From: Chiloscyllium plagiosum
Lineage: Eukaryota
Direction of reading: 5' to 3'
DNA: 22,382 nt
NCBI RefSeq assembly: GCF_004010195.1
Contig: NC_057718.1
Span: 61,218,233-61,240,614 of the forward strand
The notes below the pieces were generated by a model that saw nothing but the letters and a program-made list of their open reading frames with translations, was not told the DNA's origin and made no database searches. Positions within the stretch are counted from its first letter, which is position 1, and every line of letters starts with the position of its first letter. A program made the position numbers and the translations under genes. Shown piece by piece: positions 20,562 through 22,382 of this stretch.

Positions 20562-20860
20562 GGGGCCAATTTTAACTCTCAATACCTGGTGAATTTTGGT
20601 TAGCTGGGGTATTTAATATAATAAATCCCAAAGCTGAACCTAAACTGATGCACATCTAGTCCAAACAGAGGCAGCATGGAAGAAGGCAACCAACTTGGAC
20701 ACAGAGGGCAAGTCATTCATTAAGATATTGTAAGGAGGCTGTCTGTCTGGCATTTTATTGTTGATTCATTCTTTCCATTGGATAGCTGAGTTTCCAAGGT
20801 CTTAGGAAACCTGCCAGCTAAAGGGAGTTGTGGACAGCTGCATGGTAAAAGTAAGTATCT
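20562..20860 (+). mobile_element. Possible terminal region of an old Harbinger-like DNA transposon
   Basis: Begins GGGGCCAATTTTAAC and has an internal hairpin GTTTCCAAGG-TC-TTAGGAAAC. Resembles a recalled shark repeat. No partner TIR was found. Confidence 0.35.
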
Positions 20861-21178
20861 GTCCAAAACTGTTAATAGACAAGGAAGAACAGAGATGCTA
20901 GTCCCCCAAAAACTGAACAAATACATCCATAAACCTGCTCTGCAACTGGACTTCTATCCCATGATCACTGAACCCCCTTTCCATCATGTAATCACACCCC
21001 AATCTCACCATTTCTTGTACCTTTATCACTGATTATGTCACAAATCCTATCACTCCCTCTAATCCCACCTCCTGATCTCTCCCAATCTTCATTCAACCTC
21101 CAGGTCACACTGTACCCACTGTTGCAGCCTCTCAATCTCTATCCAAGAAACATGTCTAAAATGGTAACCCAAAAGGTT

Positions 21179-21277
21179 AGTTCTGAGAAGGTGTCACTGG
21201 ACCTGAAGCGTTAACTCTGTTTCTCTCTCTGCAGATGCTGCCAGACCTGCTGAGTTTCTCCAGCAATTTCTGTTTCT
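21179..21277 (+). mobile_element. Single PLE terminal-repeat unit with mutated hammerhead motif
   Basis: Homologous to arm 11540-11639. Both core boxes are altered (CTGAGAA, GAAG). Confidence 0.88.
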
Positions 21278-21796
21278 GAATAGATACTTTCACATTAACT
21301 AACTTACACAATCAGAATACACCCTTCAATCCTTTTCACTGTGAGCCATATTTCTAGTAGATGTGCAGCATTGAACAAATAAATCCAAAGTTGCTCCCAG
21401 ATCTCTGATAGGCTCATTTCTCCCTCCCACATCAGCTTAAAACTTACTCTATCTTTCCAAAATCATTCCTCTCAGCTTGGGACTTCTAAACCAATCTTCA
21501 TCAATAAGGTCCTTTATACCATGGTGACATGTTGTTCTTTCTGATTTGTTTTGACACCCTTCTTTTGAAACTGAAGCAGGCTGCTTGCTTGTTAAGCCAA
21601 GCTGCCCTTCAATACTCTTCACAATAGCAGCTCTGTGTCTCTGGAAGAATCAGTCCCTTTTCTGTGAGGCCGCTGCGTTAAAGTTGAAAACTGTCATTTG
21701 ATATTTCAAGAAGTTTCCATTTTGAGCTACTTGCCCATGGCAACCAGCATACGTAATCATGTGTCTGCATCATTCCCCTTATCAAAACCCTCTTTC

Positions 21797-22115
21797 TTTT
21801 TATTCATTCGCAGGATGAGGGCATCACTGGCCATGCCAGCATTTATTGCCCACCCCTAATTGCCCAGAGGGCAGGTAAGAGTCAACCACATTGATTTGGG
21901 TCTAGAGTCACATGTAGGCCAGGAAAGATGGCAGGTTCCTTCCCTTAAGGACGTTAGTGAACCAGAAGGGTTTCCCAACAACTGACAATAGTTTTCATGG
22001 TTATCATTAGACTCCTAATCCAAGATTTTTTAAATTGAATTCAAATTCCACCATCTGCCATAACAGGAATTTGAAGCCAGGTCACCAGAACATTACCAGG
22101 GTCTCTGGATTAATA
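21797..22115 (-). mobile_element. tRNA-derived SINE (second family) with its head interrupted
   Basis: Minus strand has a degenerate B box GGCTTCAAATTCC, body GGCAGATGGTGGAATTTGAATTC..GGTTCACTAACGTCCTTAAGGGAAGGAA, and tail GGGCAATAAATGCTGGC..GAATGAATAAAAAG. The A box is missing at the PLE junction. Confidence 0.88.
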
Positions 22116-22382
22116 GGAGAAAGTGAGGTCTGCAGATGCTGGAGATCAGAGCTGGAAATGTGTTGCTGGAAAAGCGCAGCAGGTCAGGCAGCATCCAGGG
22201 AACAGGAGAATTGACGTTTCGGGCATAAGCCCTTCTTCAGGAATGAGGAAAGTTTGTCCAGCAGGCTAAGATAAAAGGTAGGGAGGAGGGCCTTGGGGGA
22301 GGGGCGTCGGAAATGTGATAGGTGGAAAGAGGTCAAGGTGAGGGTGATAGGTCAGACGGGGGTGGGGGCGGAGAGGTCGGGA
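22116..22382 (-). mobile_element. Young Penelope-like element 3' end, running off the window
   Basis: Terminal repeat related to 11432-11531 (TTGCTGGAAAAGCGCAGCAGGTCAGGCAGCATC), retained CpGs, intact hammerhead core, and a UTR that is G-rich on the plus strand. Confidence 0.88.
22209..22244 (-). ncRNA. Minimal type I hammerhead ribozyme motif
   Basis: Minus strand: AUUC CUGAAGA A GGGC UUAU GCCC GAAA CG UC/AAUU. This gives CUGANGA, a 4-bp stem II, GAAA, a palindromic ACGU stem III and a GUC triplet. Stem I is weak. Confidence 0.75.

Noticed and set aside
1..22382. CRISPR arrays, operons or prokaryotic defence systems
   Set aside because: No regularly spaced repeats or dense coding. The sequence is vertebrate repeat-rich DNA.

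Overview
Eukaryotic, AT-rich, repeat-dense intronic or intergenic DNA. The repeat families (HE1-type V-SINEs, HER1-type CR1 LINEs) point to a cartilaginous fish, most likely a shark. No intact protein-coding gene is supported. The recognisable ORFs in the track are broken retroelement pieces, and the rest look like chance ORFs. Contents: (i) a three-element CR1 LINE nest at 2877-5960, with an in-frame 150-bp tandem duplication in the RT domain; (ii) several Penelope-like element (PLE) remnants carrying minimal type I hammerhead-ribozyme motifs, including an intact core at 22213-22240 (minus) and a 208-bp palindrome with one motif on each strand (11432-11639); (iii) two HE1-like SINEs and a second tRNA-derived SINE whose tail matches a LINE family in the window; (iv) pogo/Tigger-type DNA transposon remnants; (v) a solo LTR; (vi) decayed Myb/SANT-like genes of probable PIF/Harbinger origin, which the ORF track misses; (vii) repeat-free stretches rich in developmental TF motifs (candidate enhancers) and two candidate minus-strand cassette exons. 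Family assignments rest on motif recognition and recalled consensus sequences, not database searches. I found no clearly novel system. The best leads are the ribozyme-bearing palindrome and the candidate exons and enhancers.
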